Shown here: in pieces, positions 11,869 to 27,407 of the stretch | How the letters are laid out: the number at the start of each line of letters is the position of its first letter | Numbering within the stretch: position 1 is the stretch's first letter | From: Octopus sinensis | Taxonomy: Eukaryota | Length of the DNA stretch: 64,000 bases | NCBI RefSeq assembly: GCF_006345805.1 | Contig: NC_043003.1 | Span: forward strand, 103,664,001-103,728,000 | Direction of reading: 5' to 3' | Position numbers and translations under genes: made by a program | Notes under the pieces: model-generated | The model's input: only the letters and a program-made list of their open reading frames with translations | Databases searched by the model: none | What the model was told of the DNA's origin: nothing

Positions 11869-13455
11869 AACATCTGTTTCAACACACGACTTCACATAAA
11901 AAATCTTGCACAACAAATATATAAACGTATATATATATATATATATTTATTCATTTAGAGATAGTAGTCCCCTTCATCCCACCATATAAAAGAATTTTAA
12001 TTTAATTTAATACCTACTACTCATATCTCGGCTACACGTGTTTCTTGAGGTTCATTTTCCGGTTCCTTAACCACGCCGTGTTTTGCAGGAGCCTTTATTA
12101 AAATGTAACCCCAATCATCAGGCCTCTAAATACTTTTATCATAGTTTGATGCTAAAAACTATATTTTAATTTTAAACATATAAGTATGTGTATGTGTATA
12201 TAGGTTCGCCAGACCTTACTGAAATGGTATGAGAGCTAGATGGAAGCGAATGTGTAACGACAGCCAAAAGATATAGATACAAAGGTGAAAAAGTAAGACA
12301 GAAGTAAAGTAACTAGATGGAAGAAGGCGAAAGGTTGAGATCTTCACCTGAGAAAACCTTTTGGAAGATCTGCTTGTTGTACCTCATTTGAGAGTATCAT
12401 TGTTCAAGAACGCATCTAAACGACTGCTGCGATTTCTGCTAATATCAATTCCACATAGTTATTGCGTGTCCTCAGTGAGTCGAGACTGAATAGATACGGT
12501 AGCAATTGGCTACAAACACAGACAACCAGTTGCTTTCGTGTAGCCCCATACCTATGACCTGAAGGTAGCCGGCAGACGATTGGATGCGACCTAGCGTTGT
12601 TCTAGCTATATCGTACATTAGTGTAAATGAGAACCTTGCTGCACATGCCAACATATAATGTGAGCAAATTGTATGGAGTTCAGTGTGACAGTCCGATCGT
12701 GTTTTCAGCCCCTCCACTGTTAAGTCTGTATCCGTATGTTATTGTTACTGTGTCGTTTCTATTTACCTTGATCGATCATTAAAGCGTTCCAGCCGTGACT
12801 GTTCTATATTTATTTTTCAGTCATAGTGTATGTCCAGATTCACAGTTGATTTAGTTATAAACCAAACTAGCTACAGCTTAGAACCTCACAGTAGGCAGGC
12901 ATTGACGTATCGTGTGCTTAAGCTGCCCTGTACGGTAGCCAAAATGGCTGTCTCCTTCCCTAAACGTAACATACCTTTGACTACTACACACGTATATATA
13001 GTAGCTACCTTGTGCGGTTCGCACATCCCACGTCATGCCACTGTCCGCAGGAGCTTCAAAATAAAAGGCATATATGTTTTCAATTTTGATGAGAGCTTCT
13101 GGTGTAATTTTCTTAACAAGACGCTTTCCAAGATTTGTAGTTAGGCTTCAGTTGCATTCGAACCATCAGTCTTGGATCTCTAGCCATGAGCCATACCCTG
13201 CATAATGAGCATGGCCATTTTCTACCAATTTGCAGTTTGAATGGTTTCGTACAGGGTGATTTAAACTGTGGGATTTTAGACTTCAGATCAGAGAGTTAAT
13301 TCGGAATCCACATGGAGTTTCGTCAGTGTTCTGTGAAATATGCTCTTACCACTTTTAACTTGTCCTTATATAATACTTCTTGTGTGTAAATAAATATCAT
13401 TTGTATGGTAATTTTTTTCACTGAGGCAGTTTCTTATTGTTATTTCTTATTGTGT

Positions 13456-13875
13456 ATCTTTTCGGTTTGACCGGCAGTTTTTAAAAATAATTTCCACGTA
13501 ACTAAACACTTTTAAACTTCATATACTGGTAGAATGTGTTTATAAAACATCTTTTTCTCTTGGCTTTATTGAGAAAATTCTATAGTTTGTAAGATATTTG
13601 TTGTTTTTTTCTTCAGTTTCTGCAATTTCAACCAATCAATGACGTCTATTGAAGTGAAAAAATTCTGTGCCGTATGAATGTCCCTCGTTTAAGAAACAGA
13701 TTGGGTTTATTTACATTTCTGAAGAAAAAAAGATACCCTTCCCTCCACCCCTAGCCCTAACTAACCTCAATCCTAAAACAGATTGAAATGCAATAGATCG
13801 ATACTAGGGTCATAATTATGGGTAACAATTTCATATGATACCGCTTGAAAAAACTGCCGTTCAAACCGAAAAGAT
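13456..13875. mobile_element. MITE; related reverse copy at ~18600-18890
   Basis: TIRs ATCTTTTCGGTTTGACCGGCAGTTTTT and AAAAACTGCCGTTCAAACCGAAAAGAT. Confidence 0.8.
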
Positions 13876-15984
13876 CCCTTATTGTTATTTACCAATGGCA
13901 TTCTAATGACACTCCACACAAACAGTTTATATAACTTTGGGCCACAACCAACTTTATATCCAGCACTGCCCCGACCACATTACATTCGACATGTCCTTTT
14001 CTTCAATATAGTATGGGTGTGATTTGCGCAGTTTATATTCATTTATTCATTTATTTTAGCAGGGCAACCGATTGCGTAAGAGGCCCACGTTCTGATGGTG
14101 GCCACAGCAAAGCCGGACATATTGAATTCAGAACACAACTGTTGTTCTGCATTTTCATTAGTGGTTCGCAGCCCAACACAGTACTTAGGACTAACGAGGT
14201 CATTAACTACAGTTATTTCTTTCTCTCTCCCCGCTCTCTCTCTCTCTCTCTCTCCTTTACTTTGTTCGGGCTGTGAGAAAGACACAAAAGTGTATTTAGG
14301 ATGGTTTTATAGTAGGTAACGAAAGTAGGCGTCATGATTTTATTTTTTGTTTTTGCTAGATCCGTGAAGTAATTATAGAGGTTGAGTCACAAGACGGGTG
14401 TAATAATAAAAATAAAATACCGGGAAGATGCACGGAATTGGGCGGGGTAGCAAAATGTTAAAATAAAATATAGATTTTGGGGACAAGTCTTTCACAGAGA
14501 ATAACAGCCACCTAGTTCCTTGCCCATTTGGAAATAGGTGCAATAGAAAAATGTTACCATGGTGTCTGAATCCGTGTTGCGATTTGGAGCGGATTTAATT
14601 GTGTCTTAAGTCAGGAGGGAGAGTAATGCCCATGATAACCTTTACACAGTCTCCAAGACTGGGGGGAAGGAAGGAGAGTGGAGGAAGGTATATTTCAATC
14701 TGGAGGCCTGGCCCGAATGCTTGTAACAGTGAACCCCGCTAAAGGCAGCTAAGATGCCTGGTGGTAATGTTAAGCCAGGCGATGGGTTAAGATTACCCCC
14801 TAATGTGTGGGTTAATAATATCAAGGATGGATCTTGGATCTTTCCAAAAACATTTGAGGGTGTGCAGAGGAAGATGATAATTCTATGTGAGGCATTATTT
14901 CAGTTGGGACTTATTGGTAATTTTAGAATTGTGATGGTTTTACCTGGTTTTCAGACTCTGGGAATTTGACAGCGATTGATACAGAATAGTTATATTTTAG
15001 CCCCAGTCCCAGGTCAGCGCTGATCGAGCAGGTGGTCTAGAATCAAAAAGCATTCCAACTTTCTCTGTTCAGGGAATCCATGACCAAGTTATTCAACGTG
15101 CCCTATTTCTAAGATGGTAGAATGTGAGTTGAAGGAATCTGGCTTCTGTTTCTAGCAAATTGAGCTACCTCGTAAACACTCACTAATAAGTCTCTGCAGG
15201 AGTTACAGCTTTTATTTATCTCTGTTGGTATGCATCCCACAAGAATATTCAAGGCTGATGATATATCTAGTTATTTCTATATAGATGTGTAGTGAGATTT
15301 AGCCCCACGATAGACCTCTGATGATTAAAATCTTTTCCAAACGTAAACATCCCGTCTTTTTTCCTTTCCTTCCGCCATAGAACGTAAATCTAGTGCCAAC
15401 TTTAATCTAATCTGTCCTTTTTTTTTTAATCTGCAGATGGTAATTTCAATGATATTTGGCTGTTGTTTCTAATAATCCAAGGGACCACATTGCAGCTCGC
15501 TCATCGGTCTATTTCATTGATGTATATGGTGGTGGTGTTGGTGATGGTGGTGGTGGTAGTCTTGGTTGTGGTAATTGTGGTAGTGATGATGGTGGTGGCG
15601 ATGATGGGGGAGGGGTGATATATGTAATATAAATATATATCGATGTATATTAATCGGATTAATTCAATCCAAAGGTGATTCGATAGAATAAGCTAAGCTT
15701 TATTTCACTTAGCTTCTTGTATCATCACTAAATTCCCCCAATTCCCCCCTCTTCCTCTCTATGTTTTAAGAGATACATATTTTGGTGTCGTTGAAAATGT
15801 TTTCTCTCAACAGCACCAAAGATCGAAACTAGTCTACAGCTGACTGGCCTAATTACATACCAACGTGGATAAACTGGTATTAAAACATTAATGATGTTAA
15901 TGGTGGTTTTGATAGTTTGATGAGACCTGCAAAGGTGTCTTGATAAGTAAAGCAGCTTTTAAACACGCTTAACATTGGTTTCAA

Positions 15985-16375
15985 ATTTTGGTACAAGGCC
16001 AGAAATTTCGGGGGTGGTGGTAAGCCAATTACATCGACCCCGTTACTCAACTGGTACTTATCTTATCGACCCTAAAAGCATGAAAGGTAAAGTCGATCTC
16101 GGCGGAATTTGAACTCAGAGTGACGGACGAAATGCCGCTAAGTAGTTTGCATGCTAACTATTCTGCCAGCTCGTCGCTTTAATATTCATTTCAAATTTTG
16201 GCACAAGGTGAGCAATTTCGGTACTTATTTTATCGACATATGCTCAACTGGTACTTATTTTATCGACCTCAAAAGGATGAAAGACAAAGTTGAACTCAAA
16301 ATGTTAAGACGGAAGGAATGCTGTGAAGCATTTTTTTTTCCGGCCGCGCTAACGATTCTGTTAGCTTGCCGCCTT
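15985..16375 (-). mobile_element. Two adjacent SINE family B copies
   Basis: TTATCGACC...AAGTCGA...CTCGTCGCTT and a second ending TTGCCGCCTTAA. Confidence 0.7.
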
Positions 16376-18080
16376 AAGCATGTTTAATATTATAAAGCCT
16401 GACTCAAGTGGGACACAAGTTGTGCATGGACTGATAGCCAAGTCCGTCAGAGGAGCTTGCTGTGATAGCCGCACGATTCTCAAAATTCAGATTTTATTCT
16501 ATTCATTCGTATGTATGTATGTATCTGCCTGAGTTTGTATGTGTTCGAGAAAATAAAGAAAAAAGAAAGGGCCTAGTGCACAATACTCTCATAATAAGTT
16601 TCGTAGCTGTGGCTGCAAGTCTGCAGCATTAGTAGACAGCTAGATAAATTATGATAAATAATATAACTATTCTGAATTATACGTTAATCTTCCGTAAATA
16701 TATTCGTTTTTATTGTTGTGACGTCCGACGTGCTGGTTGTTTGTACGTCAATCACATTTATGAGATATCTTCTCTAATATGGTCCAGTTTCTTCAGGCGG
16801 AATCTTTAGTAATAACCCGCAGTACTTTAACTCAGAACACTTTTCTGCTAACATGAGGTAAGCGTTATTTAAATTCACAAGGGTTGTTTGGATACGATAT
16901 ATTTCGTCTACTCTCCCGTTTGTTGGTGTCTTTTAGTGCCTCACATCAAACCTTATTCAGCAGACTTCAACTGCAATCCTTCAAACAGTGTGCGTAGAAA
17001 GGACTATACCTCCTATTTTCTTTTCTTTTTTTAAATTTTATTTTAAGACGGTAGGATGTGATTTGAGTGAGATTTAGCTGCTATTTCTAATAGGTTGATT
17101 GACTACATACTACCCAGGTTGTATATTTTATTGTTGTTATTTAGCTGTGGGTCAGCCCTGATCGAGCAGTTCCTTAGTGAAAGCCATTCCCAAGACTATC
17201 CTAGTGCGTGCGCGTTTTAAATGTTCCTCTGACTACGTTATCCAATTTGTAATCTTTGTATTGAAATTTGGCTGCTATTTTTAGCAAGCCGTTACCTTAA
17301 TGCCTTCAATTATAAGTTTATAAATTCTAATGGTTCACAGAGCAATCAGGTAAGGGGGGAAAGGGGGGGGATTTTCACAATGCCGATTTTTGGCAATTTT
17401 CCGGAACCTCCGTATCCGAAAACGGGGATTTTTGGCAAAAAAAAAGGGATTACAAAAATAAATAAATTTGGGAGAAAATGGGGTGGGGAGGCGGAAGTCT
17501 TTCCAAATTTTCTTTACATCCCTTCTCTAAGGGCTATTGCGATTTTGGACCTCTATCTCATGTCCCACTCATATCTTATTGAGTCGGTCTTTCTGTATAC
17601 AGCTGTTAAGAGCATCGAGTATCTTTCCCCTCTCTCTCTGTCTTTCGGCAGCACCGTCCTTTCAGTTTTCTAGTTGTCACCAGATATTCAAGACCTAGTC
17701 TTTCCATGTGATGTTCAATAAACAATAAACTTGGCCAATTGCCTCCACGTGTTGCCAAAAAGTTTTCTGGTTGCTTCTGTCCATTTAGGGACTTCAAAAC
17801 TTGTCACTCTATCTTTATAGGATATTTTCAGCGAAAATATAGGATATATTTCCAACGAAACACATTTCTGCAGCATTGAAAGGTTTTAATTTCTTGATCT
17901 TCCAGTCCACTCAGCTATATGTTATCAGACATATATGCCTCGACGTTTGACGGTCATTGCTCAAGTATTGACAGTGTACTCTTCACATGCGCTGATCGCT
18001 TTAAATTTTAACATTCTAGCTTCGTGAGCTAAGTTGTGCAAACATATTTAGATTGTACGACTATTTAGTTTTATATTAAA

Positions 18081-18378
18081 CTAGCAGTATCGCCCGGCGT
18101 TGCTTGGATTTGTAAGGGAAATAACTATATAAGCATTTTTAGAGAGTTACTTCCCTGATATAATAGCAAAAAAATGCATTAAAAATGGGGGAAAATTATG
18201 GTAATTTTTTTTTAAATCGTAGACTCATCGTAGACGCGCGCTAATACCCAGAAGGGCTCGATGTGAATCACGACTATAAGATACCCTGTTTTGGTTAAAC
18301 TGCACTGCAAAATGTGGGAGTAGTTAGGAATCTAAATCGTAGGAGACAGACACACAACTTCACTTTTATATATAAAGA
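18081..18378 (-). mobile_element. Complete non-autonomous Helitron (298 bp)
   Basis: Minus strand A|TCTTTATATATAAAAG ... hairpin remnant GCAACGCCGGG ... CTAG|T; inserted between A and T. Confidence 0.85.
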
Positions 18379-19025
18379 TTTTATTATACTATTCAAATTC
18401 CAAAATAACTGCTGTTGTTTGTCAATAACTTCCGTCGGTGAAATTGGAGGGATGGGAGAGGGTGCAAAAAAAGTTTTTCCGAAAATAGTAGCTGAAAAAC
18501 AGCAAAAAAACAAACTAAAAGCAGTAGAAATGTACAAATGATTATGGTGGTGCCATAAAGTAAACATGCTTCAGATACACTCGTTTATTCATACACATGT
18601 AACTGAGATGAAATATGTCATAAATAACAGTGACAAACGAAATATACAAGGCCGGAAGTTGTTGTTGACAAACAACCACAGTATTCAGCTGAATACACGT
18701 CATTGATTGGTTGAAATTACCGAAATACGACAAATTTAGCACGAAATAACTTTGAAACTACAAACTTTCCTCAACAACACTAAAAGTAAAAGATGTTTTA
18801 TGACACATTCTACCAGTGTCCGAAGTTTGAAAGTGTTTAGTCACAAAAAATTAATTTCTCGATCTGCCGTTCAAATGGTAAAGATGCAATTAAACTGTTA
18901 ATTTTTACAATATTTGAAATATATTCAAACATTATATAAATTAACAGTCTCATTCATAGAGCATGAAACCTGGATATTTTATTTTTAAATATAAGCAAAT
19001 TTAAGTGTCAAATAATGAACAATGA

Positions 19026-19394
19026 GGCGCAGGAGTGGCTGTGTGGTAAGTAGCTTGCTAACCAACCACATGGTTCCGGGTTCAGTCCCACTGCGTGGCA
19101 TCTTGGGCAAGTGTCTTCTGCTATAGCCCCAGGCCGACCAATGCCTTGTGAGTGGATTTGGTAGACAGAAACTGAAAGAAGCCTGTCGTATATATGTATA
19201 TATATATATAAGTGTGTGACAACCGATGCTGGTGTGTTTACGTCCCCGTCACTTAGCGGTTCGGCAAAAGAGACCGATAGAATAAGTACTGGGCTTACAA
19301 AGAATAAGTCCCGGGGTCGATTTGCTTGACTAAAGGTGGTGCTCCAGCATGGCCGCAGTCAAATGACTGAAACAAGTAAAAGAGTAAAGAGTAA
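19026..19394 (+). mobile_element. Full-length tRNA-derived SINE family A
   Basis: A-box-like TGGCTGTGTGG, B-box-like GGTTCAGTCCC, tail CAGCATGGCCGCAG...CTGAAACAAGTAAAAGA. Confidence 0.85.
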
Positions 19395-20033
19395 TGAAAG
19401 AATATAATTCTCTATCTCCCATGCTATTTGAAATTGCATACTAACATTTGGAAGATATGTTTAAAAGTGAAATTCTAATAACATCGCTTCAAGCATATTG
19501 ATTTTCTCTTTCTTCTACTTCCCCTGTGTGTGTGGGGGGGGGCATAAAGACGATAAAAGATATATTAAATACCATGCAAAATAAATTCGTTTATTCTTTT
19601 TTACACTAGGCACAAGGCCCGAAATTTTGGGGATTATTTACCCTGGGTATTTAAGGGTCTGTCCTTCTTTATAAGCCAATTTTGGTTTAAGGTTTTCTTC
19701 GATTTTATAAGATGATTTTATATTAAAATTTGTTCATGCAACCGGTTATTGTAAAGACCGTTAGTTGAAAGGACCAATGAAACAAAATTATTTTCAAAAT
19801 GTGTATCTATTAAACTAATTGTATATGTTTGCTTATAACCTTATTTTTGTTCCATTCTAAGCAAAACTGTCCGACAAATGGGAATGTGAATCTTTCAGTA
19901 AGTTTTTCTGACATTTTTGCTGCCTTTTAATAAAGCATATTACTCTACCTCTGGTATTTAAGTACTATTTTTCCTCCTTGTTTCGCATTTATGTGCTACT
20001 CTGGTAAATGTATGTATGTATATATATATAATT

Positions 20034-20066
<33 letters not shown>

Positions 20067-20068
<2 letters not shown>

Positions 20069-20495
20069 CATCATCATCATCGTTTAACGTCCACTTTCCA
20101 TGCTAGCATGGGTAGGACGATTTTGACTGAGGGCTGGCGAGCCAGATGGCTGCACCAGGCTCCAATCTTGATCTGGCAGAGTTTCTGCAGCTGGATGCCC
20201 TTCCTAACGGCAACCACTCCGAGAGTGTAGTGGGTGCTTTTTACATGCCACCGGCACGGGGGCCAGTCAGGTGGTACTGGCAATGATCTCGCTCAAATCT
20301 TTTTACACGTGCCACCAGCACAGGTGCCAGTGAAGCGATGTTGGTAATGATCACGCTCGAATGGTGCCCTTGTATGTGCCATGGGTATGGAAGCCAGTTG
20401 GCTGCTCTGGCAACGATCACGCTCGGATGGTGCTCTTGGCACCCTACTAGCATAGGCATGAGTGCCAGTAAGGCAACGCTGGTAACGATCATACC
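20067..20495 (-). mobile_element. RTE LINE 3' UTR fragment
   Basis: (ATC)n-GTTTAACGTCC tail; internal GATCACGCTCG repeats. Confidence 0.8.
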
Positions 20496-21007
20496 CGAAT
20501 AGCTATCTGTACCTGACTGTACTCACACTTCAGCAAGCATACATACATATATATATCTACAGACCCACATAGGCGCCTATACTAATACTAATCAGATATA
20601 CATTCACATCCATATCTATCTGTGTACACCATTATATACATGCAAATTCATACTGGCCCTTACCCGCACCTTTATCTCCACACAAGTGCACATATGTATG
20701 TATCCATTTCCACAACTATGGATAATATATGTGTAAACATCTAAACGCCTATGGCTTCTTACATAGCCTCTCATATATGCCCATATAAATATGTACATAT
20801 ATGCATACATACACATGCCCATACCTATACCTATATAAGCCTGTATATATATATATACACACACACAAAATATGTGTATATATATATACATATACATACA
20901 CATCGACATATATATACATATACATACATATACATGTATACACAAATATACTGACACATATTTATATATACATATATACACACACATATACACATTCATA
21001 TATATAC

Positions 21008-21044
<37 letters not shown>

Positions 21045-21789
21045 AATACAGATAATATCGATATTATCAAGTGGCCAGCATGGGAATAAATACCATCCAA
21101 AGGTAATCATTTTTCACAACTAAAAATAAGGGTATCTGAGAGACACTACAATGCCGAAATAGCAGTCAAACCCTGACTCTAAAAACCACCTAAAATGTTC
21201 ATATCGCACCATGAGATAAGACAGAGAGACAAAATGAACCAGCAAAAAGATATTACTGGATAATTCAAGATCCTGGATTTCTAGCTTTGCTTCAAATAAG
21301 CTCTGCATTCGTCAGTTGAATTTCCACATTAGCACATAAATACAAATATATATATATAGAACACACATTATACTTACACATACAAACATACACACACACT
21401 CAAGCAACGCACACTCATACATACAGACACAATACACATATTCACCTATACATATAAAGCCCTATACCTACACATACTTACACACACTGAAATAGGGTTA
21501 CAATCGCATGTACTTATATGGGCACACACATATATGCATAGGTACACACATAAATGAATACATACATATATACATCTGCACATGCAGCATACATGCATAT
21601 ATTTGTACATACATACACTCAAAAGTATGTTCAGGTACCTTCCTGGAAAAGGTTAATTGCAATGGGGATATATGGCAAACATTATATGGTGACCATGTAC
21701 AGGAAGGTGTTAATAATACTAATATTGTTATTATGATACGAATAAGAAGGGGCACTAGTGTTAGTGGGGTTAAATAACTAGTACTAATG

Positions 21790-22385
21790 GTATTTAGAAA
21801 AGGTGTACTTGGTCTTGTGAAGACAGGTAATGTTTCTCTCCTTAAGGGAATTTACAAGTGGAAGGTTGGCTTTAATCATGAAGAAAATTTCATTTACACA
21901 TTACATACATTTCCTATTCTTTGTACTATACGCTGGTGCTGTGGTTAAAATCTTCCAGTGTAGGTTATATTCAATTCTCCTATCTTTAAGTTCCCATATG
22001 TAGTTACTCAATCCCGTTGAATTTCTCCTATTTCTGTTTCTGAAGGTGTACCTATGGTGATTATGTCTATGTTTCATATTATTCTGGATTGCTCCTACAT
22101 ATACCTTATTACCAGATTGCATACTTACTACACATTGATATACTACTTCCTTTCTAATGCAATTATTGTTGAATACACAATTCCTGCTAATTCTACAATC
22201 GCAGGTTCTATATAGCTGTGTGGGGGTAATATTATGGGTAGCATTAGGTATTGCATTATTGGTGCTGTGGCTATTGTTGATACTAATAATGATATTGTTG
22301 TTGTTACTATTGCTATTGTTCGTATCGCTATTATTATTGTTAATGATTTTAATATTATTATTATTATTAATATCATTATTATTAA
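21790..22385 (-). pseudogene. Penelope-like element, GIY-YIG endonuclease remnant
   Basis: N-rich linker, CDCRISRNC...VVYQCVV, VYVG...HRYTFRN...STGLSNYIWELK...WKIL...KC. Confidence 0.8.
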
Positions 22386-23239
22386 TGCAAGAGAGACGGC
22401 TGCGCTGGTATGGTCATGTGACGAGAATGGCTGTAGATAGTTGTGTGCAAAAGTGCTACACCCTAGCAGTTGAGGGAACCTGTGGAAGAGGTAGACCCAG
22501 GAAAACCTGGGACGAGGTGGTGAAGCACGACCTTCGAACTTTAGGTCTCACCAAGGAAATGACTAGAGACCGAGACCTATGGAAGTATGCTGTGCGTGAG
22601 AAGACCCGGCAAGACTAGTGAGGCCAAAACCCGTGGCCCCTACCTGGGACGTAGTCAGTCCACCTGTGCATACCTTCCTTCTTGTGACACTTGTGAAGAC
22701 CTGTTGAGGCAAGTGAAAATCAAACCAAAATCAAACCAAATCAAAATAGATGAACATCAATGGAATTTGTATCTTTGTGGTACCAGTGCCGGTGGCACAT
22801 AAGAAAACCATCCGTACGTGGCCGTAGCCAGTACCGCATCGACTGGCCTCCGTGCTGTGGGCACGTAACAAACACCATCCGATCGTGGCCGTTCGCCAGC
22901 CTCGTCTGGCACCTGTGTCGGTGGCACATAAAAAAACACCATCCAAGTGTGGTCGTTCGCCAGCCTCGTCTGGCACCTGTGTCGGTGGCACATAAAAAAC
23001 ACCATCCGAGCGTGGCCGTCTGCCAGCCTCGTCTGGCACCTGTGTCGGTGGCACATAAAATCACCCACTACACTCTCGGAGTGGTTGGCGTTAGGAAGGG
23101 CATCCAGCTGTAGAAACACTGCCAGATCTGACTGGCCTGGTGCAGCCTTCGGGCTCCCCAGACCCCAGTTGAACCATCCAACCCATGCTAGCATGGAAAG
23201 CGGACGTTAAACGATGATGATGATGATGATGATGATGAT
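22386..23239 (+). mobile_element. 5'-truncated RTE LINE
   Basis: [11 protein letters not shown]...[13 protein letters not shown]...REKTRQD*, 3' UTR with ~60-bp repeats, (GAT)n tail. Confidence 0.92.
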
Positions 23240-23902
23240 CACCAACACCGCTATAATTACCATGATTACTCTTATTATTGTTGTGGCTGTTGTTATTACT
23301 AGTGTGCATATTACTGTTGTAATTTTGGTACCTCTTGGCCGTAAGAAACGAGAACCTAATGACAATCTGATCTTTTGCTCGTTTGCTCTTTTCTGTAATA
23401 TTAGTACATGTGTGTGTCACACATAGTTATTACATGTGTATGTATTCTTCCTATACCTTCTAATACTTTTGAATAAATAGATATACTAGAAGCTCTACCA
23501 GCTGATGTATGTCGTTTTTGCATCCTCTCCATTTTCTTATTTGCCGTATATATATATATGTCTATATATGTGTGTATATATATATTTGGTGAGAAGTAGG
23601 GGTATACTATCTCTAAATTAAAATATATTTCTTCATTGAGAATAATTTCAACCTCTGTTATGCCAGAATTGTTATTTCCTAAAAAATAATATTCAAATTT
23701 AAATAAAATATATGTATATGTATATATATATGTATATGTCTGTATATCTGTATATATATATATATATATATGTGTGTGTATATATATGTATATACACATA
23801 TATATATATAAAATATATATGTATATACATATATATATATAAAATATATATGTATATACATATATATATATATATATATAATATATATGTATATACATAT
23901 AT

Positions 23903-24090
23903 ATCATCATCATCATCATCGTTTAGCGTCTGCCTTCCATGCTAGCATGGGTTGAACGGTTCAACTGGGGTCTGGGAAGCCAGAAGGCTGCACCAGGCCA
24001 AGTCTGATCTGGCAATGTTTCTACGGCTGGATGCCCTTCCTAACGACAGCCACTCTGTGAGTGTAGTGGGTGCTTTTTACGTGCCACCGA
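23903..24090 (-). mobile_element. RTE LINE 3' UTR fragment
   Basis: Same tail family. Confidence 0.8.
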
Positions 24091-24445
24091 TATAATATAT
24101 ATGTATATACATATATATATATAATATATTTGTATATATATATATAATATATATGTATATACATATATATATATAATATATATCTATAAAATAATATGTT
24201 ACATTACTCAATAGTCAAGATAAAACTCTGAGTTTCAGATGCCGAAGTGGAAATCCACAACACCATCTCTTCAGTTATCTGGCCATCTGAAAAACGCTAT
24301 GAAAAAATACCGTTATATAAAGGGAAATTACTGTATTATAATTCTGGTCGCGAACCCACGTGCGTACTTATAATTATAGATAAATTTCCTCTATTTACAT
24401 AATATTGAGGTCTCTTTCTTTCTTTTGTTATCTTACCATTTTTAC

Positions 24446-25725
<1,280 letters not shown>

Positions 25726-25728
25726 GTC

Positions 25729-26258
25729 GAAGAGCGTAGGCTCGAAACGTAAAAGACTTTTTCTATTCCTGAGCGCTATACTAATACAATTGTTTGTTTG
25801 TACTCCACCTGCCTTTGTCTTTTGTTTATGTTCATAAACTTTCCCTTTATATATCACGCGCTCACGTGGTCTCACTTTGATCCTATATTCTACCACTACC
25901 AACTCTTACCTTTCCTCGACGGACATTACCTCTCCACTGGACTTTTTTACCTCTAAGGACACCTACACTCTGGCTGCACCTCTCCTACACGGATCAAAGT
26001 GACTTTGTTATTGATGTGAAATCCTTGAAATACACCACGACGGCTACAAACTTTTGAACTGTTCGTAAAAACTGTCCCTTTCGTTTTCACTTTTTTTTCA
26101 TATTTTTCTCATATGTTTTTTTCTGTGTATCTTTCTGTTGAAGAGCGTAGGCTCGAAACGTAAAAGACTTTTTCTATTCTTGAGCGCTATACTAATACAA
26201 TTGTTTGTTTGTACTCCACCTGTCTTCATCTTTTGTTTATTTTCGTAAACTTTCCCTT
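25729..26258 (+). mobile_element. Tandem PLE-type terminal repeat, period 411 bp
   Basis: GAAGAGCGTAGGCTCGAAACG... at 25729 and 26140, ~120-bp direct repeat. Confidence 0.7.
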
Positions 26259-26620
26259 ATATATATATAATATGTATATAGATACACACATATATATATA
26301 TATATATATAATATATATAATATATATATAAGTAACAATGAAGGGTGAAATTAATAATTTGGAATAATTATCAATTACACCAAGTAGTCTTCGGCATGTA
26401 AAAGCCTCATTCGAGGAAAATTTAAGTAATACTAAGCAATTAAGGGTTTAGCAACGAATTGCCTTACCGCACACCGAATTTAGAAATAGCAGTCAAAAAG
26501 ATTATAGCTATTTCTTCTACTAAAAAGGGAGATCACAGTAAAGACACAGCATTTGAAAGGCAAACACAAACAGGTAAGAGAGAATGAATTAACGGCAATC
26601 CATCATACAGTTTTAAGTCA

Positions 26621-26712
26621 CCTACGGACGTACGTTTCGAGATCAAGTCTTAGGAAAGCATAAGAATTAGATAATTCTACCTTACCCAGACTTCTTCTCT
26701 CATCAGCGCAGG
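26621..26712 (-). ncRNA. Type I hammerhead ribozyme, inverted copy
   Basis: Identical to 27132-27222 apart from one extra base in stem II. Confidence 0.85.
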
Positions 26713-27131
26713 ATACAAACAATCATGAATGATTGTATATTGAATTTTGAGATACTAGAAGGCACCAACTCAACTCAGTATCAGAGCGAGCTAGAAGCCT
26801 CGTTGCTAAACCCTTAATTGCTTAGTATTACTTAAATTTTCCTCGAATGAGGCTTTTACATGCCGAAGACTACTTGGTGTAATTGATAATTATTCCAAAT
26901 TAATTAATTTCACCCTTCATTGTTACTGATAACCATATTCATCCCAGTAAATGACCACAGCACTTTGTCTTGGCTACACGTGGGTGGGAAGGGACTGGTG
27001 ACACAAGCTTTCATTCACACTTTGAATTTGGTGATACTAGCTGTGGCTTCTAGCTCGCTCTGATACTGAGTTGAGTTGGTGCCTTCTAGTATCTCAAAAT
27101 TCAATATACAATCATTCATGATTGTTTGTAT

Positions 27132-27222
27132 CCTGCGCTGATGAGAGAAGAAGTCTGGGTAAGGTAGAATTATCTAATTCTTATGCTTTCCTAAGACTGA
27201 TCTCGAAACGTACGTCCGTAGG
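27132..27222 (+). ncRNA. Type I hammerhead ribozyme, canonical core
   Basis: CCTGCG-CTGATGA-GAGA[long stem II]TCTC-GAAA-CGTACG-TC|CGTAGG; GUC cleavage after 27216. Confidence 0.85.
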
Positions 27223-27407
27223 TGACTTAAAACTGTATGATGGATTGCCGTTAATTCATTCTCTCTACCTGTTTGTGTTTGCCTTTCAAATGCTGTGTCT
27301 TTACTGTGATCTCCCTTTTTAGTAGAAGAAATAGCTATAATCTCTTTGACTGCTATTTCTAAATTCGGTGTGCGGTAAGGCAATTCGTTGCTAAACCCTT
27401 AATTGCT

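Noticed and set aside
14640-14970. GC-richer segment with short ORFs on both strands
   Set aside because: No diagnostic motif or splice context; possibly an old retroelement fragment.
19026-19110. tRNA-like heads (also 45947 and 9090-9157)
   Set aside because: They continue into SINE bodies and do not form complete cloverleaves.
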